A stretch of 64,000 nucleotides of DNA from Octopus vulgaris. Its lineage: Eukaryota. Numbering within the stretch: position 1 is the first letter of the stretch; each line of letters begins with the position of its first letter. Where the stretch lies: positions 171,988,001 to 172,052,000 of the forward strand of contig OX597815.1 in the NCBI GenBank assembly GCA_951406725.2, given 5' to 3'. A program made the translations under genes and the position numbers. Shown here in pieces: positions 51,743-63,956 of this stretch. Below the pieces are notes generated by a model, which was not told where the DNA came from, made no database searches, and saw only the letters and a list, made by a program, of their open reading frames with translations.

Positions 51743-52258
51743 AGCTTCTTTCAGTTTCTGCCTACCAAATCAACAAGCTGGACGTTGGCCTGCGATGAAG
51801 ATAAAAGACACTTGCCCAAAGTGCCACACTGTGGGACTGAACCCAAAATCATGTGGTTGAGGAGCAAACTTCAAACCACACAACCACACCTGCATCTGTT
51901 ATATAGATTATGTATCATCATTATCATTATTGTTTAACGTCTGTTTTCCATGCTAGCATGGGTTGGACGGTTCGACTGGGGTCTGAGAAGCCAGGAGGCT
52001 GCACCAGGCTCCAGTCTGATCTGGCAGTATTTCTACAGCTGGATTCCCTTCCTAAAGCCAACCACTCCATTAGGAAGGGCATCCAGCTGTAGAAACAGCT
52101 GTATGAACCTAAATATAAATTGTGTGTGATCTGACAGTTTTTTATGGTTCATTCATTGCTGGAAGAAAAATCAGATGTTACCTTACTTTTCTCAAATAGT
52201 TATTTATTCCTAAGCTATTTTCAAAACGTATCACAAAATAATTATCAGTTTAACTTAC

Positions 52259-52430
52259 AAGAAGTATCATGAGGTAAAATTAATCTGGAACCAAAGTCTT
52301 GAATTCTAGGATCAGGCTCACAAATTTCAACCTTTGAATTCTTTTCAGATGACAATAAGTTTGAAAGTGCTAAAGGAGGACTAAATGAAGCCCATACTTG
52401 AAATTTGTCTTCAGTATTTTCAATAGAAAC
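52259..52430 (-). CDS. IBA57: IBA57-like coding exon 3 (VSIENTEDKFQVWA...DPRIQDFGSRLILPHDTS)
   Basis: tttttaaaag acceptor and GTAAGT donor. 172 nt, phase 0 to 1. Contains the conserved DPR...G.R motif. Confidence 0.88.
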
Positions 52431-53179
52431 CTTTTAAAAATAGAAAGATATAAATGTAAACATCATAATACTTCTTCATTAACTTGTATGTCATAATATT
52501 TCAGTTGACTTTTATAAATAGTGATCACAGTGTGGAAGACATATTAGCCATTCAGAAACACTCAAACACTTTTAACTTCATTTAAAAATTTATTGCTTGT
52601 AATATGATGTCAAAATTTTCATCACTCAAAACTGCAGTTTGATCACTGATAACATTACACTGCATCTAAACTGTGAGCTTAAAGAGTGATATATAAATAT
52701 AGTTTGTAAGGCTCTAGAGTTGGACAATGTCCAATGCAGGCCAGCAAGGAAAGCAGATGTTAAATAATGATAATGATGAATGTAATTATAAAAAGTTACA
52801 ATGCAGCAAATAGAAGTTCATAAATAGCATTACTATAAAAACTTTATTCTATAAACAAGTTTTATCTTACGTTCATACAGATGTTTTGTTATTAAACAAT
52901 ATGAAATCCGAATTCAAGGATTATAATATTTATATGTATTGATTTACAAAATACTAGTAAATGGTATTTGTTCAGGCAGGTTTTCTATGGCCAGATGGCC
53001 TTCCTGTCACTAACCCTCACTTGTTTCCAAAAAAGGTAATATTTCCCCATAGCTAGATAAGTTTTTGATGGAAGAGTGGAAACAAACAACATTGCTTGTG
53101 TGATGATCATGCTCATTTACAACCATCATGTCAAGACAAGGTTCACACAAACACACACACACACACGCATATATATATG

Positions 53180-53470
53180 TGGAGGCGCAATGGCCCAGTG
53201 GTTAGGGCAGCGGACTCGCGGTTTCGATTCCCAGACTGGGCATTGTGAGTGTTTATTGAGCGAAAACACCTAAAGCTCCACGAGGCTCCGGTAGGGGATG
53301 GTGGCGATCCCTGCTGTACTCTTTCGCCACAACTTTCTCTCACTCTTTCTTCTATTGGCCTGTTCGCTTAGCCAGCGGGGTGGCGTCATTTGAAAGCTAA
53401 AAACAATGTGAAGCGCATTGTGACCAGCGATATGTAGCAGCATCTGATAGCCTGGTCGGTCATGGTGACG

Positions 53471-53474
<4 letters not shown>
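53180..53474 (+). mobile_element. tRNA-derived SINE family D
   Basis: TGGCCCAGTGG A-box and GGTTTCGATTCC B-box. Near-identical inverted copy at 57346-57642. Confidence 0.85.
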
Positions 53475-53515
<41 letters not shown>

Positions 53516-53521
<6 letters not shown>

Positions 53522-53715
53522 TATATAGAAGGAGCTTCTACAGGACTAGAACTGTTTCATTCAAGAGAAATCTTCAGGAAGCTCCTGAAGATTTCTCTTG
53601 AATGAAACAGTTCTAGTCCTGTAGAAGCTCCTTCTATATAATAAATTAATTTTACTCTGCTATGTATTGAGTACCTTATTTACTGTGGTTAACCCCGAAT
53701 CAACCCGGGACCTAC

Positions 53716-53716
<1 letters not shown>
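53516..53716. mobile_element. Palindromic hammerhead-bearing element in (TA)n
   Basis: Perfect 64-bp arms 53516-53579 / 53583-53646 with a 3-nt loop, plus a ~70-bp unique tail. (TA)n on both sides. Confidence 0.78.
53531..53585 (-). ncRNA. Type I hammerhead ribozyme (GUA), with a mirror copy on the + strand from 53585
   Basis: Minus strand reads ggagcttc-CTGAAGA-tttc tctt gaat-GAAA-CAG ttctagtc CTG-TA-gaagctcc. Stem II is weak. Confidence 0.7.
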
Positions 53717-53775
<59 letters not shown>

Positions 53776-54242
53776 TTTTTCGGTTTACATCCAAATCCAC
53801 TCACAAGGCTTTGGTTGGCCCAGGGCTATATTAGAAGACACTTACTTACCCAAGGTACCTCGTAATAGGATTGAACCAAAACCACAGCAGCCACTTTGAT
53901 TATAAATAAGTGGAATTCATGTCTGTGTTTCTTCTGCTATAATGAACTCTATTCTTCAAAGTCTGTTTGCTACACCTTCCTCTTACTCCCACCCCCCGTT
54001 GCATCAATCTTCTTATTTATTGCCATTTACACAATGTTTCTTGCCTTAAACCCATCATGCAATTCTTTTTTCAGTGCTGTATAACTTTGTAGAAATATTT
54101 TCTCTTCTATAAGAGCTCACAACTCACTAGCTTACTATTTTTCAAACTCCATGTTAACATATCATGTTAATCCTCCCCTATAAACTCTTTATCAAAATGC
54201 TTCAAAATAATTAGATCCTGCATCTTTACACACTTCTTCTTA

Positions 54243-54660
54243 TTAATCCTTTTTGCCTCTTGTGGAGCATAGGGCCTCAACAGTTGTTTTCCGCTTTTTG
54301 CGGTCATTGGTGTGTTTCTTGGCTGCCTCCCATGTCAGGCCAGTGGTCCTGAGCTCGTCCAAAATGCTCCGCATCCATGTCTGCTTCAGGCATCCTCGCC
54401 TCCTTTTCCCCTGCGGGTTCCAGTCAAGTGCTTGTTGTGTCACATTTGAGGGTTCTTTCCGCAGTGTGTGTCTGATCCATCTCCATTTCCTTCATCTAAT
54501 CTGAACATGCATGGGCTCCTAGTTGGCCCTTTCCCACAGGTTGATGTTTGGCACTCTGTCGAACCACTTCAGATGGAGGATCTGCCGGAGACATTTGTTG
54601 AAGGTCTGGATCTTCTTGTAGTTGCTGCAGGTGGATCTCCATGTTTCAGAGCCATACAAA
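54243..54660 (-). mobile_element. RTE/BovB-like LINE 3' fragment (second family)
   Basis: 'TQQALDWNPQGKRRRGCLKQTWMRS...GLTWEAAKK...VEALCS'. Confidence 0.85.
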
Positions 54661-54861
54661 TTTCACTAATCTTTACATGCACACTTACACAAATGCATGC
54701 ACACACATATGAAGCACATGCACACACATATGCATGCATGTGCACATACACACACATACACACAAGGAAGTACCATATTTAAAAGAAGATACAGAACTAG
54801 TTTTAATTGCATGCGAGACTGCAAATTTCACTAATCAAGAAATAATGAAAATTTCTAAGTA

Positions 54862-55078
54862 TGAAGGGGCGCTGAAAAGTTCCTGGTTTTAAGGGTGTTG
54901 TGAAAGGCCTAGTTGAAGGCCCAGCCTTCTAAGTTCTTTTACAGAGCTTTAAAAAAATGAAGGGCTGCTGGAATAAGTGTGTGAATCTGAGAGATGAATA
55001 TGCTGAATAAAATCATAATTAACTGATCCACCTGTATTTTTTTTTACCTAAAGCCAGGAACTTTTCAGCACCTCCGAG
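54862..55078. mobile_element. Mariner-type MITE
   Basis: TA-flanked TIRs GGGGCGCTGAAAAGTTCCTGG / CCAGGAACTTTTCAGCACCTC. Confidence 0.75.
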
Positions 55079-55304
55079 TAGATGTGGATGATGATGATCA
55101 TATTTAACATTTGCTTTCTATGCTGGCATGGGTTGGACATTTTTACAGCAGCTGATGAACCAGAAGACGGTGTGAAGTTTTACTGTCTGCTTTGGCATGG
55201 TTTCTATGGCTGGATGCTCTTCCTAATGTCATCACTAGAAAATAATTTTACAAGTGTTGTTCAATGGTAATTTTTTAAAAATTAGACATATACAAAGCAC
55301 ATAC

Positions 55305-55433
55305 CTTTTTCCTAATTTTGTATCTCTTTAGGAGTTTTGTTACATCATTAATAATACTGGTATCACATTCCAGGAAGAAAGCTGAAGATTGGTTAGGAAG
55401 AGCATAGATGAAAATGTCATAGAGAATGCGGCC
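55305..55433 (-). CDS. IBA57: IBA57-like coding exon 2 (GRILYDIFIY...LECD...LKRYKIRKK)
   Basis: ttttcag acceptor and AAG|GTATGT donor. 129 nt, phase 0 to 0. Continues the NVQ-GR.LYD motif of the YgfZ/IBA57 family. Translated by hand; this frame is not in the ORF track. Confidence 0.9.
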
Positions 55434-55537
55434 CTGAAAATATTGAGTAAAATATCATTCATCAGCAATAACCCAATGTCATCTTCTCCAGTTTCTATAA
55501 TATAACATATAATTAAGTTATTTTTGTCATGGTTTAA

Positions 55538-55960
55538 CTCTTCAGCATTTAAACTGTCCATATCTAGCCTGGATATTTAATCGGTTTAATGCTCAAACTG
55601 GCCAGATAAAGCTTCTCTCACCTACCCTACAATGCCATTCTAATAATAAACAATCACATCGTTGAAATCTCAAAATTATGAGATAATGCACAATTAATTA
55701 AAAACAATGTGAATAAATAAACATTACATTTGACAATGTAATCTTATTTCTTTACTCCCCACAAGGGGCTACACACAGGGAGGACAAACAAGGACAGACA
55801 AACGGATTAAGTAATTATATTAACCCCAGTGCATAACTGATACTTATTTAATCGACCCTGAAAGGATGAAAGACAAAGTCGACCTTGGCGGAATTTGAAC
55901 CACCTTTAGTTTACATTTGATTATGTAATCATTTGACAATGTAATCTGAATGGTAAAGGG
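55538..55960. mobile_element. Second copy of the piggyBac-type MITE, with an internal SINE fragment (~55744-55900)
   Basis: TTAA flanks. The body matches 59859-60080 (ACCCTACAAT, CACATCGTTGAAATCTCAAA). Confidence 0.75.
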
Positions 55961-57345
55961 TTAACACATCATTTGATAAGTTTGTTGTTGTTTTTTAATA
56001 AATTATCTACTTTCTATTTGCTTTGTTTTTTTTTTTGACAACAAATATTACCAAAAAATTTATTTCTTGTGAAATAGGCACAGGCATGGTTGTGTGGTTT
56101 AAAAGGTTCACTTCCTAGCCACATGCTTTCAGGTTCAATCCCACTGCATGGCACTTTGAGCAAGTATCTTTTACTACAACCTTATGGCCTTTTACTAAGT
56201 GTCTTTAGCAAAGCCTTGTGAGTAGATTTGATAGATAGAAAATGTCAAAAGCCTGCTGTATGTATATATGTACATACAACATACATACGTGTCTGTGAGT
56301 GTGTGTATATTTGTTTCAGTTCATATGTTCTCTCATCATCACATATATTTGCTAGCTAGTTGTAAACAGTGATATTGTCATTTACTTGCAGTTCATGATG
56401 AAAACATGTCCAGAGATCTCGAAATGTCTTGACATGTAGCACAATCTTTGTACACAAAAGACTCATTCATATGGTGTTCTTTGTTTCAGATTCCCTGCAT
56501 AACCATGTCCTGGCTATTTGTCATATGACAGAAATTATTATCTCACTTGGAAACAGCTGGGGGGGTCTCAGGAAGGGCATTTGGTTGTAGAAAACTCAAC
56601 TCCAACATACTTTCATCAGACCATGCAAACATGGAACAGCAGACATTAAACAATGATGATGATGATGATGAAATGAATTTAATCCCAAGAAATTTTAGAA
56701 AAGAATGAAGATAGGATATAGCAATTCATTGTTACACTACACATATCCCTATTCATACCCAAAGGTTTTTGGTCAGACCATTGACCCATTGATCCTGCTG
56801 TCCTATCTTGACACCAATCAGGTTCTCTGTCAGTTTTAATATTTATTTTTGCCCAGCTGAATAAACTGAAGAAACATTAAGTAAAGTGCCATGCCTTCTC
56901 AAGAAATTCGATGATCAATGTCATTTTCCAACTGATAGTCCAACTATAGCTAAATTCAAGTAAATTCTCTCCCTTCAGAGAATATCAGCATTCAACCCAT
57001 CATTACAGTTAAAAAAACAGGACTCTCAAGGACAAACATGTAATGGTTCACCATTACTATCTCTTGGATCACTGCTCTCTGTTCTTCTTTGGCACACATT
57101 GCTAATGGAGTGGTCATGCTTACACTGTAAAGCCAGAAAGAAAAATGGCACAATCAGGCTCAAACTTCGATCACGTGACCACAATAGTACCAACTATAAG
57201 CATGCATGTGCAGAAGGCAGTGTGACAATAATACAGATATGTTATGGTGAAAGTGCAGTTAATTTTTATCTTCCTCTTGTATAACCAATCTTACGTAGAA
57301 ATGTTCCTATAAATATAGAAAGCCATTTAAATATTTCAATAATAT

Positions 57346-57642
57346 TATCACTGTCACCGTGACTGACCAGGCTATCAGATGTTGCTACACATCGCTGGTC
57401 ACAATGCGCTTCGCATTGTTTTAGCCTTCAAATGACGCCACCCCGCTGGCTAAGCGAGCAGGCCAACAGAAGAAAGAGTGAGAGAAAGTTGCGGCAAAAG
57501 AGTACAGCAGAGATCGCCACCACCCACTGCCGGAGCCTCGTGGAGCTTTAGGTGTTTTTGCTCAATAAACACTCACAACGCCCGGTCTGGGAATCGAAAC
57601 CACGAGTCCGATGCCCTAACCACTGGGCCATTGCACCTCCAC
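57346..57642 (-). mobile_element. SINE family D copy with 13-bp target-site duplication
   Basis: ATTTCAATAATAT at 57333-57345 and 57643-57655. Confidence 0.88.
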
Positions 57643-58434
57643 ATTTCAATAATATAGAATACCTTAATAATAATTGCTTTTCCTGTAATCTAATAAGCAT
57701 AATTTTTGTAGATTCTTTTAGCATACATAAATAGATAGATAGATAACTAAATGTCGTGATGTAGAATTTCTATGCTTATTTTTTTTTCTTTTGTTATCTA
57801 TTGACATCATCAAACTGGTTTTTCCTTCAATATTCTATTTTTTCTTAACATTCATTTTGTATGCATTCATGTATTATAGATATTATTTCAGTTCACTTTG
57901 AATTTAACCTGTTTTAGGTTACCTTGATAAGATAAGTATAAATTTTCTGATACACTGGTCTGATTGATATTATGTACCCTTTCTTTATATCTAAATATGC
58001 TGGCACAACAGAAATGATCATCAGCAATGTATGGTGTAATTATCAAATAAAGATGTGATTTTTCTCCATTCTTGTTCACATTGTTATGTATGTGTGTGTA
58101 TGTATAAACACATACATACACACATACAATGGTCTTCTTTTACTTTCAATTTTCCAAATCCACTTACAAGGCTTTTGGATGGTCATGGATTATATACAAC
58201 AGGGCATAAGAAGTATCAGATGCAGCATGCAAGAGAGAAAACTATATTTGTTTGGACATGTGATGCGTATGAATGAAGACAGCTGTATAAAGAAGTGCCG
58301 GTCACTTGCCTAAGATGCCATGCAATAGGACTGAACTCAAGACTACGTGGTTGGGAACCAAACTTCTTAACAACATGGCAACACCTGTGCCTATCATAAA
58401 CACTGACAAAATTACATTTGAAATAAAGTCTTAC

Positions 58435-58944
58435 CTGAACATTCAAAATCATGGCATACATTGTTCTTTTATTGTCTGTCTGAAACTGCTCCATATCATT
58501 TGTAATAAGGCCTTGTAGAAAACTAGAAGTATCTGTGCCAGCAAGCTGAATTAGGCCCCGAGATTTCAGATGAAACAGTTTAACATTATTCAGCTTTTTA
58601 ACTGAAGAATTCCCTACATCTGAGGTAAACGGATGTGATTTTATTCTATGATCAATCTTACACCTATTAACTATTTGATTACAAAATAAACGAGATGCCC
58701 TGAAACCACTGGAGCTTTTTGGAAAGCATCTTCTAAAGAAAGCATTTGAATAACTTGAGAAATATTCTTCAGATAAATATGACAAATGCCTCGAATAAAA
58801 ATTGGCTAAATTTGTTTCTAAAAGCTTTCTGGGGGTTCTTTGTAAAGACTTAAATACTGAATATGAACAACAATTAATGGCCGAAGATATGGGAACTTTT
58901 TTCAAAAATGGTTTCATAGACAGTGAGGTGAATTTCTGAAGCAT
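58435..58944 (-). CDS. IBA57: IBA57/CAF17-like mitochondrial Fe-S assembly factor, coding exon 1 (170 codons)
   Basis: The ATG directly follows a pyrimidine tract and AG acceptor. Encodes a basic Ser-rich presequence, then 'SRGLIQLAGTDTSSFLQGLITND...AMILNVQ'. Donor CAG|GTAAG, phase 0. Confidence 0.9.
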
Positions 58945-59487
58945 CTAGAAAGAAAAATGAAAAAAGACAAAATATGAAACATATCAATAAAAAATATAAC
59001 ATAAAAGAAATAATACAAATATAATATATAACAATATTTTACAGTAAACATCACTTGAAGTACTAATATTTCACAGAAAATAGCATTTCTGAAACTATTT
59101 TATCCCTTTGACCATATCTTTATTTCCTCTTAATTCTTAGCAAAGAAAATTAATATGCACCTAAAAAGGATGTTTTTGCTTAGCTCCAGTACCCCGGGGC
59201 AACTGTCTTTTACTATAGCTTCAAGAAAACCAAAGCTTTGTGAGTGGATTTAGTAGATAGAAACTGCAAGAAGTCCATCATGTGTGTGTGTCTGTCTTTT
59301 ATCTCCCACTGCCACCTGACAACTAGTGTTATTGTGTTTGTGTCCCTGTAACTTAGCAGTTCGGCAAAAGACATCAATAGAGTGAGTACCAGGTTTAAAA
59401 AGAAAAAGAAGTTGATTAGTTCAACTAAAATTCCTCAAGGTAGCACCCCAGCAAAAGAGATCACCAAAATAAGTACCAGGCTTATTA

Positions 59488-59705
59488 AGGTGGCGAGCTG
59501 GCAGAAACGTTAGCACACCAGGCAAAACACTTAGAGTTCTTTACATTCAGAGTTCAAATTCCGCTGAGGTCGACTTTGCCTTTCATCCTTTCGGGGTTGA
59601 TAAATTAAGTACCAGTTACACACTGGGTCAATGTAATCGACTTAATTCCTTTGTCTGTCCTTGTTTGTCCCCTCTATGTTTAGCCCCTTGAGGGCAATAA
59701 AGAAA
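59488..59705 (+). mobile_element. SINE family B copy nested in a family A copy
   Basis: Flanked by duplicated AAGTACCAGGCTTA. Confidence 0.85.
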
Positions 59706-59858
59706 AAGTACCAGGCTTAAAAAATAAGTACTGGGGTTGATTCATTTGACTAAAATTCTTCAAGATGGTACCCCAGAATGGCCGGAGTCTAATGACTGAA
59801 ACAAGTAAAAGAAAACACATAAAGATGCATTTGTTAAAGCAGAATTATCAAACCTTAA

Positions 59859-60080
59859 CCCTTTAGCATTTAAGTTGGCCATATCCAGCCAAAATATTCC
59901 ATCTGTTTTACATTCAAACTGAGCAGATCCAGGTTTTCACACATACCCTACAATTTTATTTTAAAAATAAAAAAATCACATCGTTGAAATCTCAAAGATA
60001 TGAGATAATGCATGCTTAATTCAAAAACAATGTGAATAGATAAGCATTACATTTGATAGAATATTCTGAATGCTAAAGGG
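59859..60080. mobile_element. piggyBac-type MITE (TTAA target duplication)
   Basis: TTAA-CCCTTTAGCATT ... AATGCTAAAGGG-TTAA. Confidence 0.8.
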
Positions 60081-61064
60081 TTAAACACTCAATAATGATA
60101 TAGGTGGATTTTTTCATCTGTTTATTGCTGTTCACCTTAATCTTGAGTGTTACCACCGTTATATAAATTCTCAAGCATATTTTCCTCTATACAAATCTAC
60201 CATCAATTGATGCTGCTTGACCCATTAGAAACAGTAACTTTGTTCCATATAAATAGTATTGTAGTAACTTACATAAAGGATATATTATATAAACTTGTAA
60301 GATCTTATATTTCTTATATTTCTATTTTTTCCTGTTTCAGTCATTATACTGTGGCCATGCTAAGGTACCACTTTGAAGAATTTTAGTCGAATGAATCGAC
60401 CACAGTCCCGTTTTTTTAAGACTGGTATTTATTCTGTAGATTTCTTTAGCCAAACCGCTAAGTTACGGGGACATAAACGCACCAACACCAGTTGCCAAGT
60501 GGTGGTGGGAGAACAAACACAGATATAAAGACACTCACAGATATATACATACAACAAGCTCCCTTCAGTTTCTGTCTATCAAATCCACTCACAAGGAATT
60601 CATACGATTATGAAAACAAAACATTTTAAAAAAATATACCAGCTAAAAAGTTTAAAAAGATTTTTTATAAGTCCTTAAAATCCAAAGTTAAAATACGGAC
60701 AATTCGAAATTTTAGTTGGACCATTAAATGTGTTTATTGGGAGAAAAATAATAGAAAACATCAAAACATGTCAGCGACAAAAAAAAAAACGAAAGGTAGG
60801 TGGTCGTGAGATATGCTAAAAATAACAGACAAATAGCACTTAAATCACACGCCTAAACATGATTTTGTTTCGTTTTTGCATAATTGTATGAATTCCCGTG
60901 AGTAGAAAACAAATTCGCAAAACTTTTCTAAAAATTCCAAAAAATAAAAAGGATACGAGGGGTTATACAGGGTGCTTAAACCAGGATTCCGCAGAAACCG
61001 GTTCTCACATGTCGCTATGTCCTTCAGAACACCATATATCTGACCACCTTATAAATTTACTCAC

Positions 61065-61140
61065 CTTAAAACAGCTTTAAGCGTCAAAAACAAGATGTAA
61101 AGATCAACTCTCGCGAAAATTGATACAGCTTATTATCTCG
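61065..61140 (-). promoter_or_regulatory. Probable non-coding first exon and core promoter of the IBA57-like gene
   Basis: Strong donor AAG|GTGAGT at 61065/61064 in a locally CpG-richer region. TCTCGCGA motif at 61109-61116. The first coding exon begins right at an acceptor, so an upstream UTR exon is needed. The 5' end is unknown. Confidence 0.55.
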
Positions 61141-62799
61141 AATGAACCGATAAAAGAACTACCATTAAAAAACCGTGTCAGGTTTAATTAACCATTACAA
61201 ATCCTTACAAAGTGGAACTTAGAGACAGACCTTAAAACTTCCTCATATAAAATAGCTAATATTATTTCAATGCATATCAGTTATTTAAAAGAAGGGAAAA
61301 TTACAAATGATTTCCTACCTTTAAAGACTAATCAGAAAGCAAAACGATTTTGACATTATTCACATTGAGATTTAATATTATATAAACAAAGTTACGCGAT
61401 CAAACAGCATAAACATGCCAAGAGAATTTATAAACTAAGGGGAGAGAACTGTGTGGAACCGGTGTCAAGTATTTTTTCAGATCTTCACAAGCAAGTTTTT
61501 CGGCCCTTACGCTAAGGGGTTCGCATCCAGGTCCCTCTGCTTCGACATTCTGTATCGTTGTCTACATTTAAGGTGCTCCGATCCACGATACCTTGGTGCT
61601 GTAACCTGTTCATTTGAAGACATTAGTTGATTTAGAGTAAATTATGCTTTTGAAATTCGCTTCTCTGTTTGACCAGATCCAGTTGGAATTCTTCTCAGCT
61701 GTTTCTTCTTCTGGTTCTGTACGTACTTCGTTCGAGTCATGTAAATTTTGTGTTTAATAAACACATAAAATTTTTTCCTCTTTTATTTTCACTTATTGGC
61801 GATGCTTCGGTATAGGTACACATGTGACTTTGTTTACATTTCTGAAGATAACAGAAACCCTTTTCTCCCACCCCTAACAACCCATATATATGAAAAAAAC
61901 AAACACTTTCTTGAAATGTATCCGGTACATATATCGAAGTTACGCCCACTTATTAATATTAAAGAGTGAGAGTATTGCTCGCATGATCGCGAGATCGTGG
62001 TTTCGATTCCCGTACTGGATGGTACTTTGTGTTGTCTAGCAAACCACTTCACTTAATGTTACTCTGCGATCACTAAATCTAACAGTGGTACACCGTACAT
62101 TTGTACATTCAATGTCGAATAGAGGAAGGGGAGTGAGTTCGTTTACACACAAGCATTTGATTATTATAAGCAAATCATGTGTTGGTTGATCAGTAATAAA
62201 TTAAGGAATCGTCATTCTCGGAGTCTAGAGACTACCCATGCAGTATAAAAGAATGTAATTCTGATCTCTACAATATTTACCGAGACTCTTTCATCTAATA
62301 TTTGTTGTTTAGTCCAATATCAATCGTGATCGAACACTCGATTATCATACTTTTCCCCAAACCAAGTATATCTAGGGCTACTTTATCCAGTGTCCTTCCT
62401 TTAAGACTATAAGAATGTGCTGTGAATGAGATTTTGCTCCTGTATCTAGTAGTTCAAGCAACCATGTTGAAGCTTTTCTATGAAGTTCAGTTATAAGCTG
62501 CGGTAATATTTTAATTACTATTATTTTCTGTCAAATATCAGTTTCTTACCAAATTAAACAGGAAACTAATATGAAATTTTAATGAAAGGCTTTAAAAGCA
62601 AATTTGTTTCATAGAACCAAATACAGTTTCATGTAGTTGGTATCTATATGCTACTTCAACTCTTTCAAATTATTCTGTAGTTACAACAATATTACCAAAA
62701 CTTTTTCTGATTTTTCAGATAGTTAATGTTGTTGCAATAAGTTTCATTAAAATAATGTTAGACCCTGGCTTCGCTAAAGAATGGACAGCAGTCATGACC

Positions 62800-63400
62800 T
62801 TTTGTTTTTTTAAGTAGTCTCTGATATTGGTCGAAAGAAGTTGCAGAAAAATTGTTTTATGAGTTTTTGCAGTAGAAAGTAGCACAACAATCTATTGAGT
62901 AACATTCAAAACAGAAACCAGTCCCAAATGATTGTAACAAGAATTGGCTCAACCTGTAACATAGCAAGGGAAAGGGCGAGGAGATGGTCCTTCCCAAGTG
63001 ACGTTTTTATGGGAGCAGCACTTTTGAGGCTGCTGTATCAGTCTGTATGGGGTCAGAGGCGAAAGCAATAAACTTAAAGGTTGCCCTGCACAGCTATATC
63101 AATGAATTCAGTTAAAGGCAGCCATGAGCAAGGTCGTGATGTTTAACTGGATGATAGATTACGTCTACTATTTGAATGTAGGTTGGGTCAATTGAACGGG
63201 GTCCCACACTATCTCTGTCAACTGGTTTTCACTCACAATGCTCGGGCAGTCATTTTAGACTTTCAAGTTTGTGGTGATGGTTTATTTTATTAGTAAATGT
63301 TTATATTGCAAGAACAACAGATGGCTCACATTACTCAATATCTTGATCCATCACTTTGGATTTCAACGCTTGTGCAATATTAAAGGTGTTTTGAATTATT
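62800..63400 (+). mobile_element. Highly decayed mariner-like remnant
   Basis: Only faint traces of the 'LYEF' N-terminus and a 'VPH.L' segment. No TIRs identified. Confidence 0.3.
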
Positions 63401-63667
63401 GATTTCTCATTTTGTTATTACTAATTTGAGCTCAGGCAATGAGCAAGCTGAATTGTTAGTTTCAGAAAAAAATATGCTTTGCAATATTTCTCCTGACTCA
63501 TTACATTCAGAGGTAAAATTCAGTTGAAGTGGACTTTTGCCTTTCACATTTTTGGGGTTAATAAAATAAGTACCAGTTGACTACTGGGGATGATGTACTT
63601 AACTTTCCCCTCCCCTAAAAGTGCTAACTTTGTGCCAAAATTTGAAAGAGTTATTACTAATCTACTT

Positions 63668-63903
63668 ATTACTCTTTTATTTGTTTCAGTCATTTGACTG
63701 TGGCCATGCTGGAGCACCGCATTTAGTCAAGCCAATCGACCCCAGGACTTATTCTTTGGAAGCCTAGTACTTATTCTATTGGCTCTTTTGCCGAACCGCT
63801 AAGTTACGGGAATGTAAACACACCAGCATCGGTTGTCAAGCGATGTTGGGGGGACAAACACAGACACACAAACATACACATGCATTCACACACATATATA
63901 TAT

Positions 63904-63956
<53 letters not shown>

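Noticed and set aside
53180-53260. tRNA-like sequences at SINE heads
   Set aside because: A and B boxes are present but there is no complete cloverleaf, and they continue into repeat bodies.
58216-58434. 3' part of the 242-aa ORF
   Set aside because: Intronic read-through past the donor at 58435 into SINE and RTE fragments.
61640-61740. Minus-strand 'MTRTKYVQNQKKKQL', reminiscent of a histone H3 N-terminus
   Set aside because: Stops after ~32 codons and no histone fold follows. Chance similarity or decayed repeat.
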